A DNA stretch of 64,000 bases. Source: Haliotis cracherodii. Its lineage: Eukaryota. Location: the NCBI RefSeq assembly GCF_022045235.1, contig NW_027266319.1, positions 26,226,001 to 26,290,000 of the forward strand. The letters run 5' to 3'. The notes beneath the pieces are model-generated. The model did no database searches. It had not been told where the DNA came from and saw only the letters and a program-made list of their open reading frames with translations. Below are positions 1 through 14,420 of this stretch, piece by piece. The position numbers were made by a program, and so were the translations under genes. Every line of letters begins with the position of its first letter. The first letter of the stretch is position 1.

Positions 1-59
1 AGTTCAAGGACACCAATGTAAAGGAGCTGAGTGAGAGGTGTTGGGGATCTGTGCTGAGG

Positions 60-510
60 TCCAGGATGATGACCTTTCTCTTTGATTTAGTGACAAACAG
101 AGAGGCAAAGGACTCAATAATTACCTTGAAATATTCCTCTGCTAATAGAAAATGGCTTTGAAGTCACCACCTGCTCCTGCAAATCTCAAGTTGAGGTGAG
201 CAGCAATTCATTAAAGACTTGAGTAAAACAAGCAGTCGCTCGGAGAGGTCAATAAATTCCAGGGACTTCAAAATCCGTTAATGAGGTATAGTATCATAAG
301 CATTTCTCATCCAACACATTGATAGGTTACAATGGTAAATTTTAGTTTCTTCGAGGATCATTGATCCTTGCAATCCCCAAATTCCTTTCTGCACCATAGA
401 ACGAATATCATTGGAAGCGCAGTTGACAGAAGATCTGTAAGACATTCTGAAAATATTTGTAACTCTGGATTCAGACAAGTTAAGGGTAGAAGTGTTTTGA
501 ATCGGTCAAA
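60..510 (-). pseudogene. Degenerate non-LTR reverse transcriptase fragment, R4/Dong/NeSL-like
   Basis: Manual minus-strand translation gives ordered RT motifs across frameshifts and stops: LPLTCLN..., QKG...GCKDQ, NLSMCWMRNAYDTIPH (cf. NLSMAWIDYKKAYDSVPH), ILKSLEF, and ISRGIFQG...LSPL (cf. GIFQGDSLSPL). Confidence 0.7.
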
Positions 511-654
511 TCACCTTTCTTGGAAGAAGTATTGTTTGACCTTTGCACAACCAAGCCGGAACACCCCCTATGTCCAAAAAGAGAATTTATACAGTTTAGT
601 AATGGTGTTTGGACACACGGGAACAGTTTCCATTACCGGTTTCCAATACCATCA

Positions 655-890
655 AGCCTTTGGACACGCCGTGATATAACTAGAGTATTATTCAAAGCGG
701 TTTAAAACACAACTCACTCACTCACTAACTTACTCTTATAAGGATCCTTGGTTTGTCAGCACCATGCCCATGCCTTGGTTTCACCACATTGGTACACCTC
801 TAAGACCTGCATCGTTATAGTCTTTCCTAATACAGTAATCTAATATGCTGTGGTATAATATTCAAAGCGGAGTTAAACCCAACTCACTCA
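655..890 (+). mobile_element. Two adjacent SINE 3' fragments with (CACT)n tails
   Basis: GACACGCCGTGATATAACT...GCGGTTTAAAACACAACTCACTCACTC, followed by GTTTGTCAGCACCAT...AAACCCAACTCACTC. Same family as 42778-42930 and 51271-51510. Confidence 0.6.
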
Positions 891-2509
891 AATCTGACTC
901 AATAATTGCTAATGCTATGCTATTCCTTCGCGTCCGTCAATTAGTATTAATATGGCCGATGTACCAGTTTCTAATTAGTTCAGCCTTACACCAAATGCTT
1001 TTATCAGCAAAGGGCTCAACTAAAGTACAAGGTGGTATAACAGCCGTTCGACCTGTAGGATCTGCATAAGTTACGTAACTAAGCAAAAAGGAAATTGTCA
1101 TGAAAGTTACCAGATATGTTCATATAAATGAGAACTAAATTGATTTGCATGTGCAACAGATGACTGTTTTGGACTTATGACAACATTAAATGCATAGGTA
1201 TGAAAAAAGCGTGAAAAAAGCTGATGTTTGTGGTCATCATGAAGCGTCTTTCTGACAGTATAACATGAGGAAATTAGGAATTCTTTGACCCATTTTGATT
1301 TTCATAGCAGATAAACATAAAACCGTTACAAATATATTTAAAAAAACAGGGTCTTGCTCATTCATTTGTAGATTATCTGAAAATCTGCCTTTTTTACTCA
1401 TTTTCACAATATTTGTGCATTTGACCATGCCAGAAGTCCAAAACTTCAAAGTAAAAAGGCTAGTTTTCAGCCATTTGAACATTCCACATCCATATTTCAT
1501 TTTTTTCTATTTAATATCACATGTCCTTTGCGTCGAAAGTGTCCCTTATCCGACTTATATTTGGCTTACAGTGTAATTCCGAGTCTCAATAAAAGAATAA
1601 AGGAATCGTTGTCACTCCTTGATACTCTTGTCTTTGAATTCTCATAGCTTTCGCTCACTATGACCACCGTTTTGCAATGACACTATTGGTAATTGAATAA
1701 GATACAAAAATGACACACAATAAATCACCTGGCATTTTATGTGAAGAGAAAAGTGGTTTCGTTACAAGAATAAAGAAAGTAGTTGTCGTTGCCTATATCC
1801 ATCAGCCACTTCCTTCATCAATGACAGAAATACAAAGCGATATATCAACCGAAAATATTCCGAACTGGCCACTACATAGACGGTCAGGGTACAAAATGTA
1901 TATCTGTCAAACATTCCTATGGACCAACTGCGCACAATCTGCTGGTCCACATCATATCAACGTTCCAATTAATTAGATAATGGAACGAGACGGATATATT
2001 ACCGCTCTACGATTTTCACTAACTCAAACGTCAGAGCTCAATGACCAACAACTCACGACTCGTTGGCCGACAATTTAGCAACGTAAACTTATCTGTTAAC
2101 CCAACGCGGCTTCGATCCAGAACTAGATACGACAGTACGCATGCAAGTAATCCAATCACATAGCCTAATAAGAATGTCAATTCGTACAAATTAGGCTATG
2201 ATCAACGTCAAATTGTCATTTTGATTCCTAAGTTATGGTCTGTTTCAGTGTTATGACTACGACTCAAAACACCTTGTCCACGTGAATAAATAAAACAGTG
2301 TGATTGTTCGAAATGTGTGTTTTAGTATAAATATTATTATTACTGCTATATTATTATTAGTATATTAATAGATAATATTATTGTTATAATAATATATACG
2401 GCACTGACGACTTATAACATTGGCAAAATAGATTTTCTGCTGAATCTTTCAGTGACTCTATAAGGTGTATATTGGTCCAAAGGATACAGGGTTAAAATGA
2501 AATGAGAAA

Positions 2510-4065
2510 AAGATTTTTTTTCGCTCTCCCAAATCCATCAAAAGCTTTTATTGATCAATTGAATAAAATTCTTTTTAACTTTATTTGGAGTGGCAAAAGA
2601 GATAAGATTAAGAGGGATTATTTGAAAAGGAATTACAGTCAAGGTGGATTGAAAATGACTGATTTACCCAAATTTATATCATCTTAAAAATTTATGTTTA
2701 AAAAGATATTGCGAAAAAAACATTAATTATGACCTTGCTAGTTTTCAGCTGGCTCATATCTACACTTTAGGTGCCAGTTTGCACAAGAATAGGGAAATTG
2801 TAAATCCTTTCTGGAAAGATACCCTTATAGCCTGGAGTGACTTTATGTTATGCATTCATGTGACTTTGAAGACTTAGAAAAAGCAGAAATTGCTTCCCAA
2901 CCCATATGGTTAAACCATTATTTTAGATAACCAGTATTAATTTTTAATGACTGGTTTAAAAAAGGTATAGTTACGATAAAAGACTTGTATGATGAAAACG
3001 GATGGATCCCTTTCCCACGTTTACAACAACTTTTTGATCTTAAAGGAACTTTTCTCGACTATAACCGTATGTTTTTTAATATTCCAAGAAGTTGGGGACA
3101 AAATATTGATAAAAATCTACATTCCTCTTCTAATCTCACAATATCTCCTTGGATTTATGATCTTACACGTTCTATTAAAGGAACAAAAGTGTTTTATAAT
3201 AAACTGACTGGGAATTCCCTCCCTCTCCCTAAATCTTGTTTGAAATGGGAAAATCAGCTGGAATGTTCTTTTCCATGGAATCAAATATTCAGTGTATATT
3301 GCCATGGGTTAAGGGACACAAAACTCAGGTATTTCCAGTTTAGATTTATTCATAAAGTGATATTTACTAAACGTGAGTTATTAAGAATGAAACTTATTGA
3401 TAACGATGAGTGTTCTATTTGTCATACTCACAAAGAAAATGTTTTTCATGTTTATATTGAATGTCATGTTGTTAAGAATTTCTGGTCAGATTTCTGTATT
3501 TACTTGACTCATGTCTTGCATAGAAAAATCCTTATAACTGACAACGAGCTCCTCTTCTGTACCTCTGATGTACTAATTAACCATTTGATTGTAGCTGCTA
3601 AAAGATTTATATTTGTCCAGTGTATTAAGAATGAAAAGGTTGACTTTGTTGCTTTTAAGAACACAATAAGAAGTATCTATGACGTTGAATATCATATTGC
3701 ACGTAGAAATAACGACTTCTCTGCCTTTAATAGAAAATGGGCTTTGTTTACTCAAACTGTAAAATAACTTATTCACTTGATGTTTGTAACATAATTTGAT
3801 GTACCATAAATACCGCATCTTCTTAATTGTATACATATTAAATATGCCTTCATCTGTAACATGATGTGGATTATGACTTCATCTGTACCATGATGTGCAT
3901 TATGCCTTCATCTGTACCATGATGTGGATTATGCCTTAGGCCTCCTCTGTACCATATCCTTTTGAGAAGTACCTGTATTCATAAAGCTGTATTGCTTTCC
4001 GAGTGCATATGTATCCTGTGTATATGACTGAATAAAAAATTATTAAAAAAAAACAAACAAAAAAA
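2510..4065 (+). mobile_element. 5'-truncated L1/Tx1-clade LINE (ORF2 C-terminus with zf-RVT domain, 3'UTR, A-rich tail)
   Basis: ORF 2502-2687 (LFNFIWSGKRDKIKR...GGLKMTDL) and ORF 2985-3767 (KLRYFQFRFIH...CSIC...E..FHVYIECHVVKNFW) are typical L1/Tx1 ORF2 C-terminal motifs, with stops and frameshifts between them. AATAAA and an A-rich tail lie at ~4031-4065. Candidate TSD is AAATGAGA (2500-2507 / 4063-4070). Confidence 0.85.
3843..3955 (+). repeat. ~29-bp tandem repeat in the LINE 3'UTR (~3.5 copies)
   Basis: TATGCCTTCATCTGTACCATGATGTGGAT repeated in tandem. Confidence 0.85.
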
Positions 4066-4555
4066 TGAGACAAGTTGTAATTGTTTGAAACTTTATTCAT
4101 ATTAATGATAACAAAACATATTTTCTTCTGCAGAATATAGAAATTCTCTGTTGACAAATATCGGATACATTTACAGTAGCGTTTTCTAAAGTAAATACAC
4201 TGTAAAGTTATTGCACTGACGAAAGACAGTCCTCTAAATTCTGCAACATAAATTTAAATATCAATATATGCAACGATACCATGAAGAAAGTAAAGGCGCG
4301 GATGATAGTGTTCCTTCTCATTTGCAACATTGCAATCTTTTATTTAACAACCTCATTCGCCAAACAATATAAATATTCCAATGTGGATGCAGCTTGTGGA
4401 CGTCCGTATCCGCCATGTTTACTTCCCTGGCTGTGGAAAGTAGGAAGTTAATTCGTACTCCGGGCGTGAGCTTCTCAAAATGCTCCAGCTTTCAGAGCAA
4501 TAAGTGTGACGAAATGTGATAAGAACATGTCTCAAAATAAAAGCTCGCTTTTGTC

Positions 4556-7500
4556 AATTCCTTCGTTATTCTCATGTCCTCTTTGTCAAAGTTGATATGT
4601 TTAACTTTCGTTTTCTTCAGCACACGTGGAGTTCACGAACGACGATTTATGTCAAATATCGATAAAAGAAAAGACATACGTAAAACATACCGCGTCTCAC
4701 GGTCGATGGAAATTAAATTAACAGTGCTATCTAAAATAGCTAAAATAACCCTACATCATGACTCCTAACACAAAACAAGAATATCAGTAATCCGTTACAG
4801 TGCCATGAACTTCATGCGAGGACAATCTACTGTGGTAACGTTCATATGTGTTTAACTACATAACATGTAGGTACAAATTTCTCTCTAGGGATTCGAAACA
4901 ATGTGTTGATTGTCAGACAATTTTCAAACAATTGAAGCTTTGGAAATTATTGAAATTGTTATCCGTTATTTGCTTTGTTCTGCTTCAGTAGCGAGTGACA
5001 AGCTGTATTCTACGTAGACTCCAACTCATTTAGAGTCGGTAGACATCAATAGATAAGCTTAATAAAACATACAATATCTATTTTGGCTGGAGTTCAACTT
5101 GTTCAAAGTGCAAAGGAAAGATGTCCCACGGTGTGAGACTTACTTCTGATGACAAGGACAAATGTATTCATATCTAATCCCAATAGAAAAGCTAATATTT
5201 TAAAGCCTTCATGTAAAATACAACGTTTTGGGCAACCATAAATAAACACGTCAATTCATTTCATGACTGTAAACGGAATCGCAAGTGCTGCAAGTAGCTG
5301 GTAGAGAGTGACCGCTAGAAATCTCAAGTTTACAGATACAGGCTTTGATGCCCAGCCTCTTGTGTTGGCATTTTGGTTTTAAAGTGCGCTGTCGTTAGTG
5401 ACACCGTCGAGGGGTGGGGGTAGGGGACTGGTGTAGAGGATTCTGCCTTAACTAATCAGAAGGATTAGGCTAAAATATTTGTGCAAAGATATTTGTTGAC
5501 ACGCTACCTGTAAACGCATTATGTACACTCAGCTTTGGATGTAACAACATCAAAGGCATAGAACATTCGTTTCCTTTTGTCTGAACAAAATGTGTAATTT
5601 ACAGTTATGTCAAACAACTATTTTGGCATTAGTCTTTGATTCGCTTTTTATAGGCGAGTGTTGATTGTAATGTTTTGCCCCATCAGTTGTATGAATCCTT
5701 CAAATGTCTCTTTTAATCCGAACGGCGTAGCCGAGAAATGCGAGACTGTTCATCCGATGCAATACTGCTTTCCGAAGTATCAAAGACTTAACGAATTTAA
5801 TCTCAATTTCTCTCCAGTTTATTTAAAATCTCTATTATTATCGGTTTGTCAACACGTTAAGCGAATATTGCTGATATCAAATCTTGCTGCAGCCATCCAG
5901 ATTCATATGCCATCCAACCTGATATTATATGGGATCTAGAAGTTCTAACGTGAAGTAACGCTCATTACTACTTTAATATTTCATATGTGTAAGGATTAAA
6001 TATTTATCGAAGTCGCAAGACAGAGTGAACGGTTGCTGAATTCCCGATGATTACACATATAAAGGATTACAGTACTGTACCTCTCGACCTTCCCCTGTGT
6101 CCGTCCCCGCGGGGATGAGAGTATGTCTTAAGCACCCTGTGCTGGGCTTAAGAGGCGACTTGATGGATCGGTGGTCAGGTTCGGTGACCTTGTTGATAGC
6201 GTTGATATCGTGGATAGTTACTCGTATTAATCACTGGATTATCTGGTCCAGACTCGACTATTTGCAGGCCGCCGTCATACATCTCGAATGGTGCTTAGTG
6301 CAGCGTTAAACGACAAACAAACACACAGTTCTACATGTATGATATCTGTACACTTTATTTCGTGGATGCGTTTATTATTCATGTCTGCTGAACACCAGCT
6401 CGAACTCAATACTACAGTTCTTTAGCTTCAATTTAGGTAATACAACCGGACGACATAGAAAAGTGAGTGCATGTCTGGTTACATAATATAACACATTAAA
6501 CTTGAATCGTGAACATGTAAACATATCTAACAATTAGTTCATCACGTGTGTATGGTATGCAATGCTAATGCCAATACACTTAACTCCAAACTACATGTAT
6601 ATATGTCAAAGATCACAGTGAACACCATGGTTTTAGGATCATTGTTTCCTGTCCTCACCTGCATTAGGGGAATCGTGTACTTTAAGTGCAATCCTGGATA
6701 CATTACACCAAGACGTGGCTGTCATAAGAGAAAGTAGCCACTTAGTGTTTCTTGATACTTTGGGAAATATATACCGCCACATAAATAGGTGTATGTACAC
6801 ATTATCTCGCTTTCTTTGGGTAGTGTTTGCACTTGGTTGTTTTACCTACACCAAAAGGCTGCATGTCTCACGAACACCTTGATATAAGTGGTAATGTAAA
6901 GAAATATTTTCGGAAGCCATCGAACCATACCCAACGACTGACAGAGCTACAAAACCCTTTCGTAAGGCACAAGGAATCTCTGCTAACGATTTCGACTGTA
7001 TCATGAGCACGTGTCAATGACTCACTATCAATTAGTCCAAATTTGACAATGACAAAAGTTATGTTCCTTGCAGTTTCCTATTTTGACATGTATTATATGT
7101 TACCGTGTTTTTTTAGGGATGAACAATTGACTTGCCTTTGCATGTGTTTGTGACGGGTGCCACCGGTGGGCAGGATACGTTCACCTTTTCTGGAACACCT
7201 GGTATCACTATTTGAAAGTGATACATAAACACTTGCTTATTATGCAGTCGGAATTTTTTATCAGGTATATCTTCTGAATTTGAAAACGATTGTGTCGTTT
7301 TTATCTAAATGGTATTCAGATTCTCCACATAAACCAGTGATATAGCTATAAATTAGGAATTGCATGTAGAAAATCTCCATGTGCTCAAAATAGCATGATA
7401 AAGAAAGTCTCTTTTAGGGATTAAGCTGATTGGAATGAGCGCTCAAACGCGATGACTCTGGTTGAAATAAACACAAAATGTATCAAACATAAATTTATAA

Positions 7501-7825
7501 GTAAAATAAATGAACATAAATAAATAAGTTAAATAAAACATAAGTTCAGTGATCCATTCATAAAAATTCCATTACTTATTTGCCTGCTACGCTCAATAGT
7601 ATCTGTTTTGACCGATGATCGAGCCTCATTATTTTCTAGCGCTGACGTTTTACAATTACTTGATCTCTGTCGCTGTTTCTGCTGTTTCTTCATAAGATCA
7701 GCAGTATTCATCAATGATGGTAAGTCAACTTCAAACGATTTGTTTGATGCGAGACATCTGTTATCATGCTATTCACAAGGACACCTTATATACATTAAAT
7801 ATGGACTTGTGAACATATATTGAAC
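4556..7825 (+). repeat. Tandem segmental duplication, copy 1 (~3.27 kb)
   Basis: Collinear and nearly identical to 7829-10642; e.g. ORFs 5658/8925 and 6097/9364 recur at offset 3267. Confidence 0.95.
6100..6325 (+). mobile_element. Dispersed SINE-like repeat (GGTGGTCAGG...CGTTAAAC-(ACAA)n family); duplicated at ~9367-9592
   Basis: Shares its core and (ACAA)n-type tail with 47047-47310, and in reverse with 21180-21360, 23197-23330, 27643-27788 and 30775-30960. Confidence 0.7.
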
Positions 7826-7828
7826 TAA

Positions 7829-10642
7829 ATTCCTCCGCTATTCTCATGTCCCCTTTGTCAAATTTGATATGTTTAACTTTCGTTTGTTTTCAGCACAAGT
7901 GGAGTTCACAAACGACGATTTATGTCAAATATCGATAAAAGAAAAGACATACGTAAAACATACCGCGTCTCACGGTCGATGGAAATTAAATTAAGAGTGC
8001 TATCTAAAATAATTTAAATAAGCCTACATCATGACTTCTAATACAAAACAAGATTATCAGGAATCCGTTACAGTGCCATGAACTTCATGCGAGGACAATC
8101 TACTGTGGAAACGTTCATGTGTGTTTTACTACTAAACATGTAGGTACAAATTTCTCTCTGCGGATTCGAAACAATGAGTTGATAGTCAGACAATTTTCAA
8201 ACAATTGAAGCTTTGGAAATTATTATAATTGTTCTCCGTTATTTGCTTTGTTCTGCTTCAGTAGCGAGTGACAAGCTGTATTCCACATAGACTCCAACTC
8301 GATTTGAGTCGGTAAACATCAATAGATAAGCTTAATAATACATACAATATCTATTTTGGCTGGAGTTCAACTTGTGTTCAAAGGAAAGATGTCCCACGGT
8401 GTGAGACTTACTTCTGATGACAAGAACAAATGTATTCATATCTAATCCCAACAGAAAAGCTAATATTTTAAAGTCTTCATGTAAAATACAACGTTTTGGG
8501 CAACCATAAATGAACACGTCAATTCATTTCATGACTGTAAACGGAATCGCAAGTGCTGCAAGTAGCTGGTAGAGAGTGACCGCTAGAAATCTCAAGTTTA
8601 AAGATACAGGCTTTGATGCCCAGCCTCTTGTGTTGGCATTTGGTTTCAAAGTGCACTGTCGTTAATGACACCGTCGAGGGGTGGGGGTGGGGACTGGTGC
8701 AGAGCATTCTGCCTTAACTAATCAGAAGGATTAGGCTAAAAATAATTGTGCAAAGGTATTTGATGAAACGCTACCTGTAAACGCATTATGTACACTCAGC
8801 TTTGGATGTAACAACATCAAAGGCATAGAACATTCGTTTCCTTTTGTCTGAACAAAATGTGTAATTTACAGTTATGTCAAACAACTATTTTGGCATTAGT
8901 CTTTGATTTGCTTTTCATAGGCGAGTGTTGATTGTAATGTTTTGCCCCATCAGTTGTATGAATCCTTCAAATGTCTCTTTTAATCCGAACGGCGTAGCCG
9001 AGAAATGCGAGACTGTTCATCCCATGCAATACTGCTTTCCGAAGTATCAAAGACTTAACGAATTTAATCTCAATTTCTCTCCAGTTTATTTAAAATCTCT
9101 ATTATTATCGGTTTGTCAACACGTTAAGCGAATATTGCTGATATCAAATCTTGCTGCAGCCATCCAGATTCATATGCCATCCAACCTGATATTATATTTG
9201 ATCTAGAAGTTCTAACGTGAAGTAACGCTCATTACTACTTTAATATTTCATATGTGTAAGGATTAAATATTTATCGAAGTCGCAAGACAGAGTGAACGGT
9301 TGCTGAATTCCCGATGATTACACATATAAAGGATTACAGTACTGTACCTCTCGACCTTCCCCTGTGTCCGTCCCCGCGGGGATGAGAGTATGTCTTAAGC
9401 ACCCTGTGCTGGGCTTAAGAAGCGACTTGATGGATCGGTGGTCAGGTTCGGTGACCTTGTTGATAGCGTTGATATCGAGGATAGTTACTCGTATTAATCA
9501 CTGGATTATCTGGTCCAGACTCGACTATTTGCAGGCCGCCGTCATACATCTCGAATGGTGCTTAGTGCAGCGTTAAACGACAAACAAACACACAGTTCTA
9601 CATGTATGATATCTGTTCACTTTATTTCGTGGATGCGTTTATTATTCATGTCTGTTGAACACCAGCTCGAACTCAATACTGAAGTTCTTCAGCTTCAATT
9701 TAGGTAATACAAACGAAAAGTTAATGCATATCTGGTTACATAATATAACACATTAAACTTGAATCGTGAACATGTAAACATATCTAACAATTAATTCATC
9801 ACGTGTGTATGGTATGCAATGCTTATGCCAATACACTTAACCCCAAACTATATATGTCAAAGATCACAGTGAATACCATGTTTTTAGGATCATTGTTTCC
9901 TGTCCTCAGCTGCATTAGGGGAATCGTGTACTTTAAGAGCAATGCTAGATACATTACACCAACACGTGGCTGTCATAAGAGAAAGTAGCCACTTGAGTGT
10001 TTCTTGATACTTTGGGAAATAGGTGTATGTACACATGTATCACGCTTTCTTGGGGCAGTGTTTACACTTGATTGTTTTCTACCTACAGCAAAAGGCTGCA
10101 TGTCTCACGAACACCTTGATATAAGTGGTAATGTAAAGAAATATTTTCGGAAGCCATCGAACCATACCCAACGACTGACAGAGCTACAAAACCCTTTCGT
10201 AAGGCACAAGGAATCTCTGCTAACGATTTCGACTGTATCATGAGCACGTGTCAATGACTCACTATCAATTAGTCCAAATTTGACAATGACAAAAGTTATG
10301 TTCCTTGCAGTTTCCTATTTTGACATGTATTATATGTTACCGTGTTTTTCTAGGGATGAACAATTGACTTGCCTTTGCATGTGTTTGTGACGGGTGCCAC
10401 CGGTGGGGCAGGATACGTTAACCTTTTCTGGAACACCTGGTATCACTATTTGAAAGTGATACATAAACACTTGCTTATTATTCAGTCGGAATCTTTTATC
10501 TGTTTCATCATAAGATCAGCAGTATTCATCATTGATGGTAAGTCAACTTCAAACGATTTGTTTGATGCGAGCCATCTGTTAACATAATATTCACAAGGAC
10601 ACCTTATATTCATTAAATATGGACTTGCTAATATATATTGAC
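7829..10642 (+). repeat. Tandem segmental duplication, copy 2 (lacks ~420 bp equivalent to ~7263-7681)
   Basis: Direct comparison with copy 1. The junction TTTTATC|TGTTTCATCATAAG at ~10500 joins sequences ~420 bp apart in copy 1. Confidence 0.95.
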
Positions 10643-12519
10643 ATAAATAAGCTATAAACCAAGGTTATTCTAACACGTCGATTAAAGCCTGATTTATGAC
10701 AGCAAAACTACATAATTAAGACTGAGAACGAAGACCAAACAGCAAACAGGTCAACAAATGTACACTCGCTAAATCAATGTATTACTTATTCCGGATCCTG
10801 CATAGCCAGTTCAATGTATCGTAGAGGTTATGCGTAATGGGTGTCATCTTGTTCAGGATATGAATTTATCATGAGATCGCCTATCTGTCAATAAGTAAAC
10901 TATAATTTAAGAGAGATGATGCCTAATCAAGAAACTCCTGTAGAATATGTTTTCTGTGGTTCAAAACACCATGCTGTTCAGACGGTACACACTGCAACGT
11001 GGATGTTTTACGAGATGGTGGCTGGGGAAGGGGGTTGGGCTGCCTGGGGATGGGGGGTGGGGTGGCAACATGTCTCTGGTAGGGTCGCCTTCATGGTCAG
11101 TATTTAATAAACCCGGACTTAATTAGCAGCTAAGGAAGATTAACAAGACGTGATTGTGGCGTCTCAGCGTGTAGCCCATGTATCATCTTGCAACATGAAA
11201 CAACGGTCATATATGATGAATGGCTAAGGTATTGGGTGCAGGAGGAGATGGTGACCACTGATGACCTTTAGGAAGCAGGCCTTTGGTCAACACGACTCAA
11301 AGATTAATGCACACGTTTCAACCATGAATTAAAACGTCGTGGTAGAGCTCTGATGCGTATACATAGGAACATTGAAGGAGGAGTAATTTCGCTTGATTAA
11401 AGGATAGCAGGCAGTTTCAATCTATCAGGTTGGAAATGTTTTTGGATAATTTTACTTTTAATCAAGTAAATTTCGGAATTGAGATGCGTTAGGTACAATT
11501 TGATTTTTTTTCTATTTTTTATCTACTTAGATACGACATGTAGTTCATCGTATGTTTGTTTTATAATTTTAACAGGTTGAAGGTAAGAGTAAAGTATATT
11601 AATGAACTTTACAAAAGTAAGGACGCCGTCATGATGGAGTTAATGATAGTTATCAACTCTCGACTGAGGGATGACCAGCTAATCATAACAGCTTAACACG
11701 ACTTGACATTAAGAAGTAAATGTTAACTGATTGCTAATCAAATAATGTTAAAAAGCTAATTTGATTTAACTCATGAATCGAATTACATTCTAATTTCATT
11801 AACTGTGTCCAAGATATCTAATACATTTTGAGGACCTCCGTAAGAACTACAAGCTACAAATGACGTTCATATTGTGAGGTTCATCTGCAATAACCATTAG
11901 CATTGGTCTTAACGGATTAATAACTCATATGTCAAACATTCATATGTTGAAAATGTATTACTTTTTCGGGTATGGTTGACATTTATCGCTGTTGAAGAAT
12001 TGGTGTATGTGTACTTTCTAGACATATTGTTTATTTGTCTGTGGTTATAAATATCCATTGTTCCATCAAAAAATTATTGTGTTCTATTGCGTTGTCACAT
12101 TAACAATATTTATTATTCCCTAAAAAAGGAATATTTTGTGAGTAGGATGATTCTCCTACTGCATGCATATACTCTGATGAGGTAGCTGGAGCAAAAATTC
12201 TTATAAATATGTAATAAGTGGATTTTACACACACACACACGTATAGTTCCACTGTACGTTCTTTGCGATTCGGCCGCTGTAAATGTATGTTGCGGCATTG
12301 AAATTGCCACAATGTCGAATACAGGGCAGTTGTGGTAGAGAACACTGGATAAAGTTTTGTAACAAATTGATTGTAATTCATCGTGGAGCTCTGGGTGATT
12401 TTAAACGCGTGTGGTAAATAATTTGCACATTAATGATAGGCATGGTTATAAAAGCGGAACATTTTGACAACTGACTGACATCTAGTACCATCTAACACAC
12501 TGTACCATGTATTCGCACT

Positions 12520-13720
12520 GAGTAATGTTTCCAGCGCCTAGTACCTGGTACCTAGCACAAGGCACCAAGGATCAAGTAGCTAGTACACAGCACAGGGCAC
12601 CAATGACCTAGAACTCAGCACAAGGCGCCAATTACGTAATACCTACAACCCAGAACAAGGAAACAATGGTACTTAGTACCTAGTATCCAGCACAAGGCAC
12701 CATGAACCCAATAGCTAGTACCCAGCACAAGGCACCATGAACCCAGTAGCTAGTACACAGCACAGGGCACCAATGACCTAGAACTCAGCACAAGGCGCCA
12801 ATTACCAAATACCTACAACACAGAACACGTAAACAAGGGCCTAGTACCTAGTATCCAGCACAAGGCACAATGAACCCAGTAGCTAGTACCAAGCACAAGG
12901 CAAAATGAACCCAATAGCTAGTACCCAGCACAAGGCACCATGAACCCAGTAGCTAGTACCAAACACAAGGCACAATGACCCAGTAGCTAGTACCAATCAC
13001 AAGGCACAGTGAACCAGTAGCTAGTACCCAACACTAGGCTCAATGACCCAATACCTAGTACCCAGCACAAGGCACAATGACCCAGTTCCTAATACCCAAC
13101 ACAAGACAACAATGACCCAGTACCTAGTACCCAACACAAGTCACAATGACCCAGTTCCTAATACCCAACACAAGACAACAATGACCCAGTACCTAGTACC
13201 AAGCACAAGGCACAATGACCCAGTTCCTAATACCCAACACAAGACAACAATGACCCAGTACCTAGTACCAAGCACAAGGCACAATGACCCAGTTCCTAAT
13301 ACCCAACACAAGACAACAATGACCCAGTACCTAGTACCAAGCACAAGGCACAATGACCCAGTTCCTAATACCCAACACAAGACAACAATGACCCAGTACC
13401 TAGTACCAAGCACAAGGCACAGTGACCCAGTTCCTAATACCCAACACAAGACAACAGTGACCCAGTACCTAGTACCAAGCACAAGGCACAATGACCCAGT
13501 AACTAGTACCCAGCACTAGGCACAATGACCCAATACCTAGTACCCAGCACAAGGCACAGTGACCCAGTAGCTAATACCCAGCACTAGGCACAATGACCCA
13601 GTAGCTAGTACCCAGCACTAGGCACAGTGACCCAATACCTAGTACCCAGCACAAGGCACAATGACCCAGTAGCCAGTACCCATCACAAGGCACAAGTACT
13701 AGTACCCAGTACCTACTACA
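12520..13720 (+). repeat. 34/35-bp minisatellite with a central 69-bp higher-order repeat
   Basis: Monomer is ~CAATGACCCAGTACCTAGTACCCAGCACAAGGCA. In ~13043-13500 two variants alternate strictly (34+35=69 bp), which produces the 23-aa repeat in the ORF track. The flanks are more diverged. Confidence 0.95.
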
Positions 13721-14420
13721 CAGCAGCCATCACACTGGCAAAACATTAACATACGTTAAATGGATAAAACGTTTACCCCCTATTTGTCGTCATAGGTTGA
13801 GATGTTTGGCGTTATCGTCAACTGAACCTATTTACATTCCCTTTTTACCATATCCTTTTTCATTAACGAACATGTAGTCGCATTTTGGAAGTTTATTCAA
13901 TGGTCCCTGTACCTGGAATTCATCAATGGTTTCATACTATCAAACAAGGTTATGTATTAGCATACATAACAAAATATGTCTGTCTTGGTAGACACATTAT
14001 TAACTTATCCTTGCAATATTATCTGATTATTCAAGGATGCTTGTCGGATTCTGTCCCCGAAGTCATTCACCTCAGACATTAACTTCATTCTGAGTCTGAT
14101 TCCCAGTTTCCAGTTGGACAATACTGAAGTGTCCGTGGGCCTTACATTCAGTAAAACCCTTTCCATATCCATAAGAAATAACTACATAAAGCAGATTTGA
14201 TTGTATCATTCCGACTTTATCATGGGCATGTGTTTATGAATCACTATTAAATAGTAATGAAACCAGGTGTTCGCGAAAAGGTAAGCGTGTCATATACCAG
14301 CTACCGTCGACTCTTGTGTGCCCGTAATCAAAGAATTCGCTCTGATTTGTATACTTGGGTTCTCATGACAATCTACGTGACCCTATGTTCCACGTGATAA
14401 ACGTTGATAATTTGAACCTT

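Noticed and set aside
5658-5939. 93-aa ORF conserved in two copies
   Set aside because: Conservation is explained by the recent segmental duplication; GTG start and no recognisable features.
13043-13519. 158-aa ORF with 23-aa repeats
   Set aside because: Confined to the 69-bp higher-order repeat; the antisense strand is also open.
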